This document shows positions 50,039 through 60,955 of a stretch of 64,000 bases of DNA, piece by piece. Each line of letters begins with the position of its first letter. Within the stretch, counting starts at the first letter, position 1. Origin of the DNA: an uncultured Spirochaetota bacterium (GTDB taxonomy: Bacteria; Spirochaetota; Brevinematia; Brevinematales; JAOACQ01). The translations under genes and the position numbers were made by a program. Where the stretch lies: NCBI GenBank assembly GCA_963835575.1, contig CAWIGG010000002.1:1152001-1216000 (forward strand), written 5' to 3'. The notes beneath the pieces are model-generated. The model saw nothing but the letters and a program-made list of their open reading frames with translations, had not been told where the DNA came from and did not search any database.

Positions 50039-51871
50039 ATGCAGGAACTGGCCTATAAGACTAAAAATAGACTTCTAATCATTTTTATTGTGATATATTC
50101 ACTCGCCGGACTGATTTTCCTCAGGCTGATTTACATTCAGTTGATCCGCGGAAGGGAATATTATAATCAGGCAATGGAAAACAGGACCCAGATCATTAAA
50201 ATTCCCGCCTACCGCAGCGTTATATTTGACAGAAACGGCCAGAATAAGCTGGCTTTCAATAGAAAATCGCTCAGCATCATTGCCACACCGGCATATCTTC
50301 CGGATAATCCGGCTCAAAAATCACAGGTCATTTCCAATACTTCCAAACTTCTTAAGATGTCCATTAATGATATTGAAAGCACTTTAAAAGAAGAGGCTCT
50401 CGATAAATATACCCCCGTAATCCTGAAATATGATGTTGACACAAAAGTGCTTATCCAATTTAAGGAACATTATGAGCTCTATCCCGGTCTGGATTGTGAA
50501 AATAGGCCCAGAAGAATTTATCCTTTAAGAGAAAAAACGGCTCAGCTCATAGGATATACCGGTATTATCAGTAAAGAGGAATTAAAAAAATTAAAATTAA
50601 ATAAAGAATTTCATTTCGGCAGTACAGTCGGAAAAATGGGAATAGAAAAATATTATGACAATATTATAAGAGGCAAAGAAGGTATTCTTGAAAGAGTTGT
50701 CGATGTCAGCGGGAATGTTCTGGAGCAGAATATTGACAAGGAAGCAGTTTCAGGAAATGCGGTATTTTTGACAATTGACCAGGATATCCAGGAATTATGT
50801 TATGATCTTCTTGGGGACAAAACCGGCGCTATAATCGTATCAAAACCGGCCACAGGCGAAATTCTTGCCCTTGTGAGCAAGCCTTCTTTTGATCCGAATA
50901 TTTTTACCGACCGGTTTACCCTGGATGAATTTTTTGTATTAAAAAATAATATTGATAAACCATTCCTCAACAGGGCTATTCAGGGAACATATCCCCCAAG
51001 TTCCATATTTAAACTCATTACGGCTTCAGCGGCTTTAAAAACCGGAGTTCCAATAAATAAAGGGATCAATTGCCCCGGCTATATGCAGATAGGCAACAGG
51101 ATTTTCAAGTGCTGGAATGTGCATCATTATATCAAAAATCTGGTTTCAGGCATTGCTAATTCCTGCGATGTCTATTTCTATACAACCGGATTGACAGTCG
51201 GAAGGGACGAAATTATGTATTTTGCTCAAAATTACGGGATCAATAAAAAAACAGATATAGACCTGCCCGGGGAAAACACAGGACTTCTTCCTGAAATGGA
51301 ATGGTTTAAGAAAAAATATAACCGCCCCTGGCAGAAAGGAGACACGGCTAATATTTCAATCGGTCAGGGCGACCTTCTCATCACTCCTGTTGAAATGAAC
51401 GCGCTCACAATGGCTATCGCAAATGACGGTGTGGTTATGCGGCCTCATATCCTTGAAAAAATTGTCTCATTGTCTGATAATAAAGTGATTACAAACATTA
51501 ACAGTGAGGTCCTCAGGACTATTAATCTGTCAGGCGAGCAGATTGATATACTTAAACAGGGAATGTTCGGCGTGACGACATTCGGTACCGCGCGTTGGCT
51601 GAAATATGCCTCTCCGGTACCGATCGCGGGTAAAACAGGAACCGGCGAAGCGGGCAAGGAACAGGAAACGCACGCCTGGTTTACGGCATTCGCGCCTTAC
51701 GGGGAAACAAACAAGGACGATATGATCGCTGTCACAGTTGTTGTGGAACATGGCGGCGGCGGTTCAGGAGTAGCCGCGCCGATAGCTCTTGAAATCATAA
51801 ATTATTATTTTAAAAATAAAGTGATTTATAAAGTCAAAAAAAATAAAGGTGCCAATAATGCTGAAGGATAG
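50039..51871 (+). CDS. mrdA: Penicillin-binding protein 2
   Basis: N-terminal TM, YPPSSIFK (SxxK), SCDVYFY, AGKTGTGE; directly upstream of rodA. Confidence 0.93.
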   Translation: MQELAYKTKNRLLIIFIVIYSLAGLIFLRLIYIQLIRGREYYNQAMENRTQIIKIPAYRSVIFDRNGQNKLAFNRKSLSIIATPAYLPDNPAQKSQVISNTSKLLKMSINDIESTLKEEALDKYTPVILKYDVDTKVLIQFKEHYELYPGLDCENRPRRIYPLREKTAQLIGYTGIISKEELKKLKLNKEFHFGSTVGKMGIEKYYDNIIRGKEGILERVVDVSGNVLEQNIDKEAVSGNAVFLTIDQDIQELCYDLLGDKTGAIIVSKPATGEILALVSKPSFDPNIFTDRFTLDEFFVLKNNIDKPFLNRAIQGTYPPSSIFKLITASAALKTGVPINKGINCPGYMQIGNRIFKCWNVHHYIKNLVSGIANSCDVYFYTTGLTVGRDEIMYFAQNYGINKKTDIDLPGENTGLLPEMEWFKKKYNRPWQKGDTANISIGQGDLLITPVEMNALTMAIANDGVVMRPHILEKIVSLSDNKVITNINSEVLRTINLSGEQIDILKQGMFGVTTFGTARWLKYASPVPIAGKTGTGEAGKEQETHAWFTAFAPYGETNKDDMIAVTVVVEHGGGGSGVAAPIALEIINYYFKNKVIYKVKKNKGANNAEG

Positions 51872-53174
51872 TTTTAAGAACGTCTCCGCGGTTTTTATTA
51901 TCATCCCGGTCGTTTTATCCATTCTCGGGCTTGTTTTTATTTTCAGCACCGGCGTCAACCCTGACGGCACAAACAATAACCATTATTTAAAACAGCTGAT
52001 CTGGATCATAATCGGTATCGGCCTTGCGCTGCTGATCATCAATATTGATTATTACAGACTGGTGGAAACGTCTCTCTATTATTATATTGCCGGGATACTG
52101 TTCCTTATTATAACTCTCATATTCGGAAAAGAAATCAGGGGCTCAAAAAGCTGGCTTGGCATTGCCGGATTGGGGATCCAGCCTTCCGAAATCATGAAAA
52201 TCTGCTACATTCTCTTCTTCGCGCGTTATTTGTCCAATGCGCCGGTCAATGAGAAAAAAACAAAAGTTTTTTTTGTTTCATTACTTATCATGATCATTCC
52301 GTTTGGCCTTATCATGCTCCAGCCAAATTTAGGTACTGCAATCGTTTTTATTGCCATTTTTACAATCATGGCATATCTGGGAATGGCTGACGACACTTAT
52401 GTCCGCTATTTTATATTCAGCGGCCTCATCAGCGCCGTTATTATATTCGGGATCGGTTTTTATAAAAATTATCTTGAAAAAGGGGGAAGTTCCCTGGAAG
52501 TACTGGATATATTATTGAGCTTTAATACGCTCCTGATTGTTTCTATAACCATGTTTCTTTATTCTATAATTTCCCTCTTTATTGACTTCTTTTCACCCGT
52601 TCCGATTATTAAAAAACTGCTGCCTGTAACGTTCATAATAGGTATTTCTTTCTTATTTTCAGCTGTCGCAGTAAAGATTTTGAAAACTTATCAGTGGAAA
52701 AGAATTCTGGTTATGATAAGCCCGGAATTTGATAAAAAAGGCTCCGGTTATAATATTATTCAATCAAAAATAGCCATAGGCTCGGGAGGATTTTTTGGGA
52801 AAGGCCTGTTCAGAGGAACTCAGAATATTCTGGGCTTCCTTCCGGAAAAACACACCGATTTTATTTATTCCATAATAGGAGAGGAACTGGGATTTTTCGG
52901 CGGCAGTATTATCATTATTCTTTTTATCATATATTTTTATTATATCACTAAAACAATACAAAGCGCCAAAGATAAGGAAGGCATGCTGATAGCGAGCGGA
53001 ATACTGGCGATGTTTTTTACTCACTTTTTTATTAATATCGGAATGACGCTGGGTATCATGCCTGTCACCGGCCTTCCTTTACCTTTTATAAGCTATGGTG
53101 GATCTTCTTATATTGCATGTATTGCGGCTGCCGCTCTTCTATCAAATATTTATTCGAGAAGATTTGTACATTAA
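51858..53174 (+). CDS. rodA: Rod shape-determining SEDS protein RodA
   Basis: IQPSEIMK, QPNLGTA, GYNIIQSKIAIGSGG, LPEKHTDFI, PVTGLPLPFISYGGSS. Confidence 0.93.
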   Translation: MLKDSFKNVSAVFIIIPVVLSILGLVFIFSTGVNPDGTNNNHYLKQLIWIIIGIGLALLIINIDYYRLVETSLYYYIAGILFLIITLIFGKEIRGSKSWLGIAGLGIQPSEIMKICYILFFARYLSNAPVNEKKTKVFFVSLLIMIIPFGLIMLQPNLGTAIVFIAIFTIMAYLGMADDTYVRYFIFSGLISAVIIFGIGFYKNYLEKGGSSLEVLDILLSFNTLLIVSITMFLYSIISLFIDFFSPVPIIKKLLPVTFIIGISFLFSAVAVKILKTYQWKRILVMISPEFDKKGSGYNIIQSKIAIGSGGFFGKGLFRGTQNILGFLPEKHTDFIYSIIGEELGFFGGSIIIILFIIYFYYITKTIQSAKDKEGMLIASGILAMFFTHFFINIGMTLGIMPVTGLPLPFISYGGSSYIACIAAAALLSNIYSRRFVH

Positions 53175-53227
53175 TCAATAAAATCTAATATCTTCAGTAT
53201 TTCAACTGGACAACTTCACATTGCCTT

Positions 53228-54319
53228 TTAAATATTTTCACCGATTATGCGGGCATATTCCTTTAAAAGGTCTTTTTCTTTCTGTTTTAAATTTTTCGGG
53301 ACATCAATAAACACTTCATAATAAATATCGCCCCTGATTTTTGTACGGATATCAGGAATTCCTTCATTCTTTAACCGGATTTGATGATTTGACTGAACGC
53401 CGGCCGGAATATTTATTTTTTTCTTTCCTTCCAATGAATCTACCTCTATCTGGCCGCCGAATACCGCTCTGGGATAACTGATATTAAGTTTATTATAAAG
53501 ATCAGTGCCTTTTCTCTCAAAGCTTGTATTATTCCTGATGTGTATGAGTACATAAAGATCCCCTCTCTGACCCCCGTTCTTCCCCGCGTCCCCTTCATCA
53601 GCAACCCTGAGGCGCATCCCGTCATCAACACCGGCCGGAATTTTAACATTGATCAAAGAATCTTTGTCTATAACACCTGAACCCCGGCAGTTCGAACAGG
53701 GGTCGGTAATAACAGTACCTGTACCATGACAGGCAGGGCATGTTGTGGAAATGCTGAAAAAACCCTGTGTTGTCCTTACCGAACCTCTTCCGCCGCATGT
53801 CGGGCATGTCCCTGCTTTACCTCCGCTCCGGCTGCCTGTTCCATGACAAACTTCGCAGGCTTCATTCCGTCTGACTTTTATTTTCAGGCTCTTGTCAGAT
53901 AGAACGTCCTCAATATTGAGAGAAATATCCGCACGGATATCGGACCCCCTGACAGAAGCGCTTCTCGCGCGCGACCGCCTGGAAGTCCCTCCCCCAAAAA
54001 AAGTATTGAAAATATCTTCAAACCCTGACCCTCCGAAAATATCTTCGAAATCAAAAGAAGTCCCTCCGCCCTGACCGCCGAAACCTCCCTGGCTGAAAGC
54101 GGAATGTCCGAACTGGTCATACATTCTTCTTTTTTCAGGGTTGGATAAAACTTCATAGGCTTCGTTTATTTCTTTAAATTTTTCTTCGGCGACCTTATCT
54201 CCCGGGTTTCTATCAGGGTGGTACTGCATGGCCAGTTTTCTATACGCCTTTTTCATCTCTTCATCCGACGCGCTTCTCGATACGCCGAGTAATTCGTAAT
54301 AATCTTTTTCTGTCGCCAT
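53228..54319 (-). CDS. dnaJ: Chaperone DnaJ
   Basis: HPD J-domain, G/F-rich region, four CxxCxGxG repeats. Confidence 0.97.
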   Translation of the reverse strand: MATEKDYYELLGVSRSASDEEMKKAYRKLAMQYHPDRNPGDKVAEEKFKEINEAYEVLSNPEKRRMYDQFGHSAFSQGGFGGQGGGTSFDFEDIFGGSGFEDIFNTFFGGGTSRRSRARSASVRGSDIRADISLNIEDVLSDKSLKIKVRRNEACEVCHGTGSRSGGKAGTCPTCGGRGSVRTTQGFFSISTTCPACHGTGTVITDPCSNCRGSGVIDKDSLINVKIPAGVDDGMRLRVADEGDAGKNGGQRGDLYVLIHIRNNTSFERKGTDLYNKLNISYPRAVFGGQIEVDSLEGKKKINIPAGVQSNHQIRLKNEGIPDIRTKIRGDIYYEVFIDVPKNLKQKEKDLLKEYARIIGENI

Positions 54320-54336
54320 CTTTTTACCTCAATTAC

Positions 54337-54366
54337 AAAAAGCGACGATTTAAATCGTCGCCTTTT
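54337..54366 (-). terminator. Hairpin between dnaK and dnaJ
   Basis: AAAAAGCGACGATTT/AAATCGTCGCCTTTT; on the minus strand the stem is followed by a T-run, just before the dnaJ RBS. Confidence 0.6.
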
Positions 54367-54432
54367 GATTTGAATTTATTAAATTTACTTTCATATTATC
54401 AGTATTAATATCATCCGTTAATGCGTTTGAAT

Positions 54433-56385
54433 CTATTTCTTCTTATTATTTTTATCTTTATCCTTATTATTATCTTCAACCACCTCAGCGTCAACAACTT
54501 TTTCCTCGCCTTTGGTTCCGCCTTCGCCTTCCTTTCCTTCCGCTCCGCCGGCAGCACCCTGTCCCTGCTGGCTCTGCTGATAGGCGGTATTTTTATAAAG
54601 AGCTTCGGAAATCTTATGCGATATTTTATTAAGATCATCCAGAGCGGATTTGATCTTAGCTTCATCATCGCCTTTAATCGCTTCTTTTACATCTTTTATC
54701 TTCTGTTCGACTTCAACTTTATCTTTAGGATCGATCTTATCGCCATGTTCACGGACTGTTTTCTCCATGGAATAGGCTAAATTATCCGCCTGATTTTTAA
54801 GTTCGATCAGTTCCTTCACTTTTCTATCAGCTTCGGCATTCTTTTCCGCTTCCTGCTGCATCCTCTTAATTTCCTGTTCATTCAGACCGCTTGACGCTTC
54901 AATGCGGATCTTCTGTTCTTTTCCTGTGCCCATATCCTTAGCAGAAACATGAAGAATTCCATTCGCGTCAATATCAAATGTTACTTCAATTTGAGGAACT
55001 CCGCGCGGGGCAGGCGGTATTCCTTCAAGCATAAACATGCCCAGAGTCCTGTTGTCTCTAGCCATCGGTCTTTCACCCTGAAGGACATGTATCTGGACCG
55101 CCGTCTGATTTTCTTCAGCAGTTGAAAAGATTTGCGACTTCTTGGTAGGTATAGTTGTATTTCTCGGAATGAGAACCGTGCCTACACCGCCGAGAGTCTC
55201 GATCCCCAATGAAAGCGGAGTGACATCCAGCAAAAGCAGATCTTTCATTTCCCCGGTTAAAACCGCGCCCTGTATTGCCGCGCCTACTGCCACAACTTCA
55301 TCCGGATTGACACCCTTGGAAGGTTCTTTTCCGAAAATACTCTTGACAGTCTGTACAATCAGCGGCATTCTTGTCATACCGCCGACAAGTATCACTTCAT
55401 CAATTTTTTCCTTTGATAAATTCGCGTCCCGTAATACATTCAAACAAGGCTGTATAGACCTTTCAACAAAAGAACGGGCTATATTTTCGAGCTGGCTTCG
55501 CGTAATATTCATCTGCAGGTGTTTGGGACCGCTTGAATCCGCGGTAATATAAGGCAGATTAACCTGTGTTTCCATCTTTGATGAAAGCTCTATTTTGGCT
55601 TTTTCAGCAGAATCTTTCAGCCGCTGAATCGCCATCGGATCTTTAGAAAGATCGACGCCTGTATCCTTTTTGAATTCCTGAATCATATACTCCATGACGG
55701 CATGGTCAACATCATCGCCGCCGAGATGTGTATCGCCGTTTGTCGCTTTTACTTCAAAAACACCGTCGCCGATTTCAAGGATAGAGATATCAAAAGTCCC
55801 TCCTCCAAAATCATAAACAGCGACAATGCCTTCTTTCTTTTTGTCCAGTCCGTAAGCAAGAGCGGCGGCTGTAGGCTCATTAATAATACGTTCTACCTTA
55901 AGTCCGGCTATTGTGCCGGCATCTTTTGTCGCCTGACGCTGGGAATCGTTAAAATAAGCGGGAACTGTTATAACCGCCTTTTCTACTTTTTCACCCAGAT
56001 AATCCTCGGCAGCCTGTTTTAATTTCATCAAAACACGGGCTGATATTTCCTGAGGACTGAAATCACCGGCCCTGGTCGCAAACCGGATATCATTATGAGG
56101 CCCCGATTTTACTTTAAAAGGCACCATTTTGACTTCTTTTTCCGATTCCTCAATTCTTCTCCCGATAAATCTTTTTGCCGAATAAATCGTATTATCGTGA
56201 TTCGTTATCATCTGGTTTTTTGCCGGCTGGCCTACTACCACTTCGCCTTTATCAGTATAGGCAACTATGGATGGAGTAGTCCGGGAACCTTCCTGGTTTG
56301 GTATAACGGCAGGCTGGCCGTTTTCAACAATAGATACAACAGAATTTGTCGTACCCAGATCGATTCCTATAATTTTCCCTGGCAT
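54433..56385 (-). CDS. dnaK: Chaperone DnaK
   Basis: [36 protein letters not shown]. Confidence 0.98.
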   Translation of the reverse strand: MPGKIIGIDLGTTNSVVSIVENGQPAVIPNQEGSRTTPSIVAYTDKGEVVVGQPAKNQMITNHDNTIYSAKRFIGRRIEESEKEVKMVPFKVKSGPHNDIRFATRAGDFSPQEISARVLMKLKQAAEDYLGEKVEKAVITVPAYFNDSQRQATKDAGTIAGLKVERIINEPTAAALAYGLDKKKEGIVAVYDFGGGTFDISILEIGDGVFEVKATNGDTHLGGDDVDHAVMEYMIQEFKKDTGVDLSKDPMAIQRLKDSAEKAKIELSSKMETQVNLPYITADSSGPKHLQMNITRSQLENIARSFVERSIQPCLNVLRDANLSKEKIDEVILVGGMTRMPLIVQTVKSIFGKEPSKGVNPDEVVAVGAAIQGAVLTGEMKDLLLLDVTPLSLGIETLGGVGTVLIPRNTTIPTKKSQIFSTAEENQTAVQIHVLQGERPMARDNRTLGMFMLEGIPPAPRGVPQIEVTFDIDANGILHVSAKDMGTGKEQKIRIEASSGLNEQEIKRMQQEAEKNAEADRKVKELIELKNQADNLAYSMEKTVREHGDKIDPKDKVEVEQKIKDVKEAIKGDDEAKIKSALDDLNKISHKISEALYKNTAYQQSQQGQGAAGGAEGKEGEGGTKGEEKVVDAEVVEDNNKDKDKNNKKK

Positions 56386-56401
56386 ATCTATCTCCTTACT
56401 A

Positions 56402-57019
56402 TTACTTTTTTTTCTTTTTTGCCACTTTTACCTTGCTGTGGCGGATGACGGCATCGCCCAGCATATACCCTTTCTCCAGTTCTTCAACAACTGTTGTCTC
56501 ATAGGGCAAGTTTTCTCTTTCTTCCATAAAAACGGCTTCATGAAGATTTGGATTAAATTCCTGCCCGATTACTTCCATTGGTTTTACGCCAATATGACCA
56601 AAGAAATGAAGAATACCATTATAAGTGATTTTTAAACCGTCATATAACTGATTAAAATCCTTATTATTCTCGGAGTTTTTCAGGGCCCTGCCGAAATTAT
56701 CAAATATCGGCAGTATATCCGATGCAAATTTCTTAATTGATTCGGCTGCGGAATCTTCCATCTGTTTCAGGACCCGTTTTCGGTAATTATCAAACTCGGC
56801 AACTTTTCTTTTATATGAATCATCCAGATTTGCATTTGCATCTTTGAGTTTAACCATTTCTCCTTTCAATATATCTAATTCTTCTTTCAGCTTCCTGCAT
56901 TCCTTGCATTCCTTCCGATGCTCATGATGGGAAGCATCATGAGCTTTTTCATGCTCTTTTGTTTCATATACTTTTTCTTCCTTTAAATCGCCATCATTAT
57001 GCTCAATATGATTTTCCAT
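56402..57019 (-). CDS. grpE: Nucleotide exchange factor GrpE
   Basis: [23 protein letters not shown]...[11 protein letters not shown] 57019 has a GGGAG RBS. Confidence 0.95.
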   Translation of the reverse strand: MENHIEHNDGDLKEEKVYETKEHEKAHDASHHEHRKECKECRKLKEELDILKGEMVKLKDANANLDDSYKRKVAEFDNYRKRVLKQMEDSAAESIKKFASDILPIFDNFGRALKNSENNKDFNQLYDGLKITYNGILHFFGHIGVKPMEVIGQEFNPNLHEAVFMEERENLPYETTVVEELEKGYMLGDAVIRHSKVKVAKKKKK

Positions 57020-57059
57020 TAATAATTCTCCCTGGAATTTATACGATTTATTTGAAATA

Positions 57060-57088
57060 AATTTAATCATTTCTGTTAGAAACGTCAA
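57060..57088 (-). promoter_or_regulatory. Putative sigma-70 promoter of grpE-dnaK-dnaJ
   Basis: Minus strand TTGACG-17 nt-TAAATT. Confidence 0.5.
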
Positions 57089-57118
57089 GTATATGGAAAT
57101 AAGATTGCATTAATTATA

Positions 57119-58402
57119 GGGCGGTTTTAAAAACCGCCTAATTTATCAACACTTCCCTGATAATAGAAAATATTTTCAAAATATTTCTGCCAACAGGTTA
57201 AAAACTGTTTCTATTACCAAAATTCAGCCAAACACGGGCAATATTATCCATATCTTCTGTATTTTAAGCCGCACAAGACGCAATTCGACCTTTTACCACA
57301 ACATACCGTGCTAAATTATAAACCAGATTCATCAGCCCGATTTGGCTCTCTGCCCTTTCTTTTCCTATCGATCGTATTGTACTGCCGTTCATACTATTTT
57401 CAACAAAACCAAAAACATGCTCAACACGAACTCGGATGCGGCTCTTTCTTCTATTTTTTTCTTTCTGCTTCTCCGTCAATGGCTTATTTCTGTATCCTTT
57501 TTCGTGAATCCGGTTTTTCATCTCAAATTTTTCTAATATTCCTGCTACCGTTGGGCCAACATATGCGCTGTCCGCGTAAAACGGCTTCCCTTTGTCTTTC
57601 TCATTCAATAGAGGTTCAACTACCTGTGAATCGTGAACGCTCGCATCTGTCGTGACATAAGAACGAATAAGTTTTGACTTCACATCAACCTTTGTATGGT
57701 TTTTGTATCCGTAATGCCTCTCTTTATTCTTGGTCATCCAGCGCGCATCCGTGTCTTTATGGGAAAGCTTATGCGTATTATCTTTCCAATCTTCCGGAAC
57801 CTCGCCTTCTTTTATTTTCTTGTTTTCTTCGCGGCTGTTCCTCTGCCGGGGAACATCCACAAAACTTGCGTCTACCATAACGCCCGCTTTCCCTATCACA
57901 CCTTTATTCTCAAGATTCTCATCGAATATTTTAAAAAGTTTCTCTATTGCTTTCGCTTTCGTCAGTTTTTCCTTGAATTCCCAGATTTTACTGTAGTCCG
58001 GAACTTTGTCCGAAAGTGTTATCCCAAGATATCGCTGAACGGATAACCTGTCATTGATCTGAAATTCCGCTTGCTCATCGGAAAGATTGTAATACCTCTG
58101 GAATATCAGTATCTTGAACATGAAAACATAGTCATAATGTGGCGCTCCACCCGGCGCCTTCTGCTCTTTCGGCGCCAAAATCTCTGTTAACAGCGGCCGG
58201 AACATCTCAAAGTCTACAACTCTGTTAAGCTTATCCAGCGGTGTTTTTACGCCGCTTAGCTTTTCCATCCGCTCCTGATATTCAAACAAGTTACGGTCTT
58301 TCCGCTTAATTTTTGTCATAGCCTTACCTCTGTTTTCTTTGACTATGATTATATGTTTTTATATACTATTTGTATATGATACGTGGGTTTTTCAAACCGC
58401 CC
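57119..58402 (-). mobile_element. IS5-family insertion sequence
   Basis: TIRs GGGCGGTTTTAAAAACC (57119-57135) and GGTTTTTCAAACCGCCC (58386-58402), 16/17 match; flanked by TATA on both sides. Confidence 0.9.
57264..58319 (-). CDS. IS5 family DDE transposase
   Basis: YNLSDEQAE, VDASFV, HKDTDARW, YGYKNH, ADSAY, RVRVEHVFG. Confidence 0.95.
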   Translation of the reverse strand: MTKIKRKDRNLFEYQERMEKLSGVKTPLDKLNRVVDFEMFRPLLTEILAPKEQKAPGGAPHYDYVFMFKILIFQRYYNLSDEQAEFQINDRLSVQRYLGITLSDKVPDYSKIWEFKEKLTKAKAIEKLFKIFDENLENKGVIGKAGVMVDASFVDVPRQRNSREENKKIKEGEVPEDWKDNTHKLSHKDTDARWMTKNKERHYGYKNHTKVDVKSKLIRSYVTTDASVHDSQVVEPLLNEKDKGKPFYADSAYVGPTVAGILEKFEMKNRIHEKGYRNKPLTEKQKEKNRRKSRIRVRVEHVFGFVENSMNGSTIRSIGKERAESQIGLMNLVYNLARYVVVKGRIASCAA

Positions 58403-58440
58403 TATATTTATTTCCCCGAAAATATTCAAAATTATCGGTC

Positions 58441-58478
58441 AATAAAAAATCCGCCAGAAAATTGGCGGATTTTTTATT
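58441..58478. terminator. Terminator of the FtsX/LolA-like operon
   Basis: AATAAAAAATCCGCCA-gaaaat-TGGCGGATTTTTTATT. Confidence 0.75.
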
Positions 58479-58497
58479 CCGTATTCAAATATCTTTA

Positions 58498-58701
58498 GGG
58501 CAGTTCTAAAAACTCAAATATTTAGAACTGCCGCTATTGTATGAGTTCATGCTACCGCTCGAGTTCGCTGTCTGAAAAGAAAGCCGACCAGCGAACTCTA
58601 TACGGTAGCGCCATTTGCATTCACAAAGAATTTTTTAACCGGGGCAGTTCCAAAACCTGTTGTGGAAATATCTGATAAATTTTTAGTTTTTGGAACTGCC
58701 C
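58498..58701 (-). repeat. Dispersed structured repeat, copy B
   Basis: Colinear with 23059-23222, with the same three-hairpin layout and longer loops. Confidence 0.8.
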
Positions 58702-58709
58702 TTTATATA

Positions 58710-60074
58710 TTAAAAAAGTAATGAGGCGCTCATACCGACAGCCAGCGCATTTCCGGTGAAAGTATATTCTGTATTATCATCCCCGATATAAGCATAAAGG
58801 AATAAACTGATATTAAAATCGTATATCGGATTCCAGACAATAGTCGGGTTGAGCGCAAAAGAATTATCGACAAAATTACCGATAGCATTCAGAAATAATG
58901 TCAAATTAGGATTAAGGAATTCATTGATGCTCGTCAAAAGGGCCCAGTTGTAAGCGTAAAAATCACTCTGGACAAAGTAGCTTACCCCTCCATAAGGAAA
59001 AGCAAACATTAATTTATCACTATCATTCTTCAATAAATTCTCCGTATAACCGTCCGACTTGTAATAAAATTGAGCCGTAACCGAAATCCTGTCCTTGAGT
59101 TCCCAGTCAAATGTTTTTGTTATGCCGAGCGACACTTTTGTGACGAACTGATTTGTCACGCTGTAGGGGACCGCATAATTAGAGGTAACAAAAGTATTTG
59201 ATAATTTTTGGCCCATATCGTAATCGGCAAAGCTGGCTTCCCCCGTCACATCGAACATGCTGAAGAGCCGCAGATAAAATTCGCAGGCATAAACCGGATG
59301 GAAATCCTTTTTAGCCCAGATCGATCCGGAAAATTGAAAAGCATCTATTAAAAATTCCGCTTTTCCGGCAAAGGCCGTATCGTCCAATTTGGTTATTCCG
59401 GTCATATTAAGAAAGCTGTATAAATTAACTGCCGTCCCGAACGGGATATGCATTTTAAGCCCGTAGCTTCCCTCTAAATAATTATTGTAGGCATTCAGAG
59501 TAAAGAAAGACTGTTTCTGTATATTGATCAAATCGCTGGGAGTCCAGAAATTGACCGTGCCCCATTGAAGCACCTGTTTTCCCACGCGGAAGTATACCGC
59601 ATTATTTATATTGGCATCCAGGAAAAATTCCTGCAAAGTCAGTGTAGTATTGTTAGTCTCATATAAGGTTTCATTATAGGGCGGCGTACTACTAAAGAAA
59701 TTATGCTGGACTGGAATACCCGTTGGCGTATAAGTCGCCTGAATATTTCCGAAGGCCTTTACCCCCTGTGTCAGGCGGATATCCAGGAACAGGTTCCCCT
59801 GCATTGCCGGAGTCCATTGATTTAAATCCGAATTTGTGCTTCCCTGAAGATATTTCCTCGTCATTCCATAAATCGCTATACTCTGGATATTCCCGGTGAG
59901 AGACACGCTCTTCTGGTTTACATTACTGGTTATGGTGTTATTGATAACCTTATTGGTATCAACCATAGTATCGCCGGAAAACATACTGCTTTCATCTGTA
60001 TTTAAATCTTCTGCGGATAGTACTGCCGCTGTCAGGAAAACTGCGCTGATAATAAAAATGATTCTTTTAATCAT
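58710..60074 (-). CDS. Putative outer-membrane beta-barrel protein
   Basis: Signal peptide, FRVGKQVLQWG...PSD motif, aromatic-rich amphipathic strands, C-terminal Phe. Confidence 0.65.
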   Translation of the reverse strand: MIKRIIFIISAVFLTAAVLSAEDLNTDESSMFSGDTMVDTNKVINNTITSNVNQKSVSLTGNIQSIAIYGMTRKYLQGSTNSDLNQWTPAMQGNLFLDIRLTQGVKAFGNIQATYTPTGIPVQHNFFSSTPPYNETLYETNNTTLTLQEFFLDANINNAVYFRVGKQVLQWGTVNFWTPSDLINIQKQSFFTLNAYNNYLEGSYGLKMHIPFGTAVNLYSFLNMTGITKLDDTAFAGKAEFLIDAFQFSGSIWAKKDFHPVYACEFYLRLFSMFDVTGEASFADYDMGQKLSNTFVTSNYAVPYSVTNQFVTKVSLGITKTFDWELKDRISVTAQFYYKSDGYTENLLKNDSDKLMFAFPYGGVSYFVQSDFYAYNWALLTSINEFLNPNLTLFLNAIGNFVDNSFALNPTIVWNPIYDFNISLFLYAYIGDDNTEYTFTGNALAVGMSASLLF

Positions 60075-60140
60075 AACTCTCTCCTAAAATATAAGGACAG
60101 CCGGGCATATCTTACCCGGCTGTTATCTATTATTAATGAA

Positions 60141-60914
60141 TTACTTACTGAGATTTTCAAGATAAGCTTTTGTAAAAAGCGAATCGCTGAGCCCCGCCAA
60201 TGAAATACCAGAAAGCTCAACAATGGATTTATTGCCTTTTTCAAATTCATCGACAAATATGGACTGGACCCAGATGTATTTTCCTTCAATTGTTGTCCAT
60301 TTCGGTGTATAGCTTGAGGCCATCAATGTACCGGATAATGAAAAACTTTGTATTTTTAGAGGCAGAAATGTGTCTTTTTCCACCCAGTAGATCTGCTTGG
60401 GATATGTGACATCATTCACCTTGGCGATCAAGATGATTTTATAGACATCCTTTATGCCCAGCTTTTCCTCCTCAACGATCTCTTTTCCATTTGCGTTAGT
60501 CTCAGCCTGGTAAAGATCATACAGCTTCCGTTTTTCAAAGTCGCCGGCCTTGGCGTCGGTCCCGCTGATGCTTTCATCCCGGTTGATTGTCTGGAAAGTG
60601 CGCGTATTCTGTCTGTATAAGAAGTTATTATTTCCGACACGGAGATAGCCGTTTCCTTTTTCAGCGTCAGGAGCTAAAAATACCATCAAGAAGGAGTCGG
60701 TTTTGTCTTTTCTGTAAAAGAGCATCTCATAGTTTTTAATCCCCTGTCCGACTTTCTGCTGTACAATATTCACTTTGCATGTTATATCCGAAGCCTGGTC
60801 CTGCATATAGTCTATTTTCTTTATGATTTCCGTAGCTGTCGGCAGTCCCCATAAACTCACGCCTGAAAGCATGATAAGCCCTGTCATTAAAATTAAGATT
60901 ATTCTTTGTTTCAT
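60141..60914 (-). CDS. Outer membrane lipoprotein-sorting (LolA-like) protein
   Basis: FLAPDAEKGNGYLR, ISGTD...DF, YPKQIYWV, FTKAYLE. Confidence 0.85.
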   Translation of the reverse strand: MKQRIILILMTGLIMLSGVSLWGLPTATEIIKKIDYMQDQASDITCKVNIVQQKVGQGIKNYEMLFYRKDKTDSFLMVFLAPDAEKGNGYLRVGNNNFLYRQNTRTFQTINRDESISGTDAKAGDFEKRKLYDLYQAETNANGKEIVEEEKLGIKDVYKIILIAKVNDVTYPKQIYWVEKDTFLPLKIQSFSLSGTLMASSYTPKWTTIEGKYIWVQSIFVDEFEKGNKSIVELSGISLAGLSDSLFTKAYLENLSK

Positions 60915-60955
60915 ATTATTTCTCCTATTATATCTAAACAATACTTATTCTTTCT

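Noticed and set aside
23059..58701. GCAGTTCCAAAAAC repeats as a CRISPR array or tRNA
   Set aside because: Copies are inverted and dispersed rather than regularly spaced direct repeats; no cas genes; no cloverleaf, T-loop or CCA
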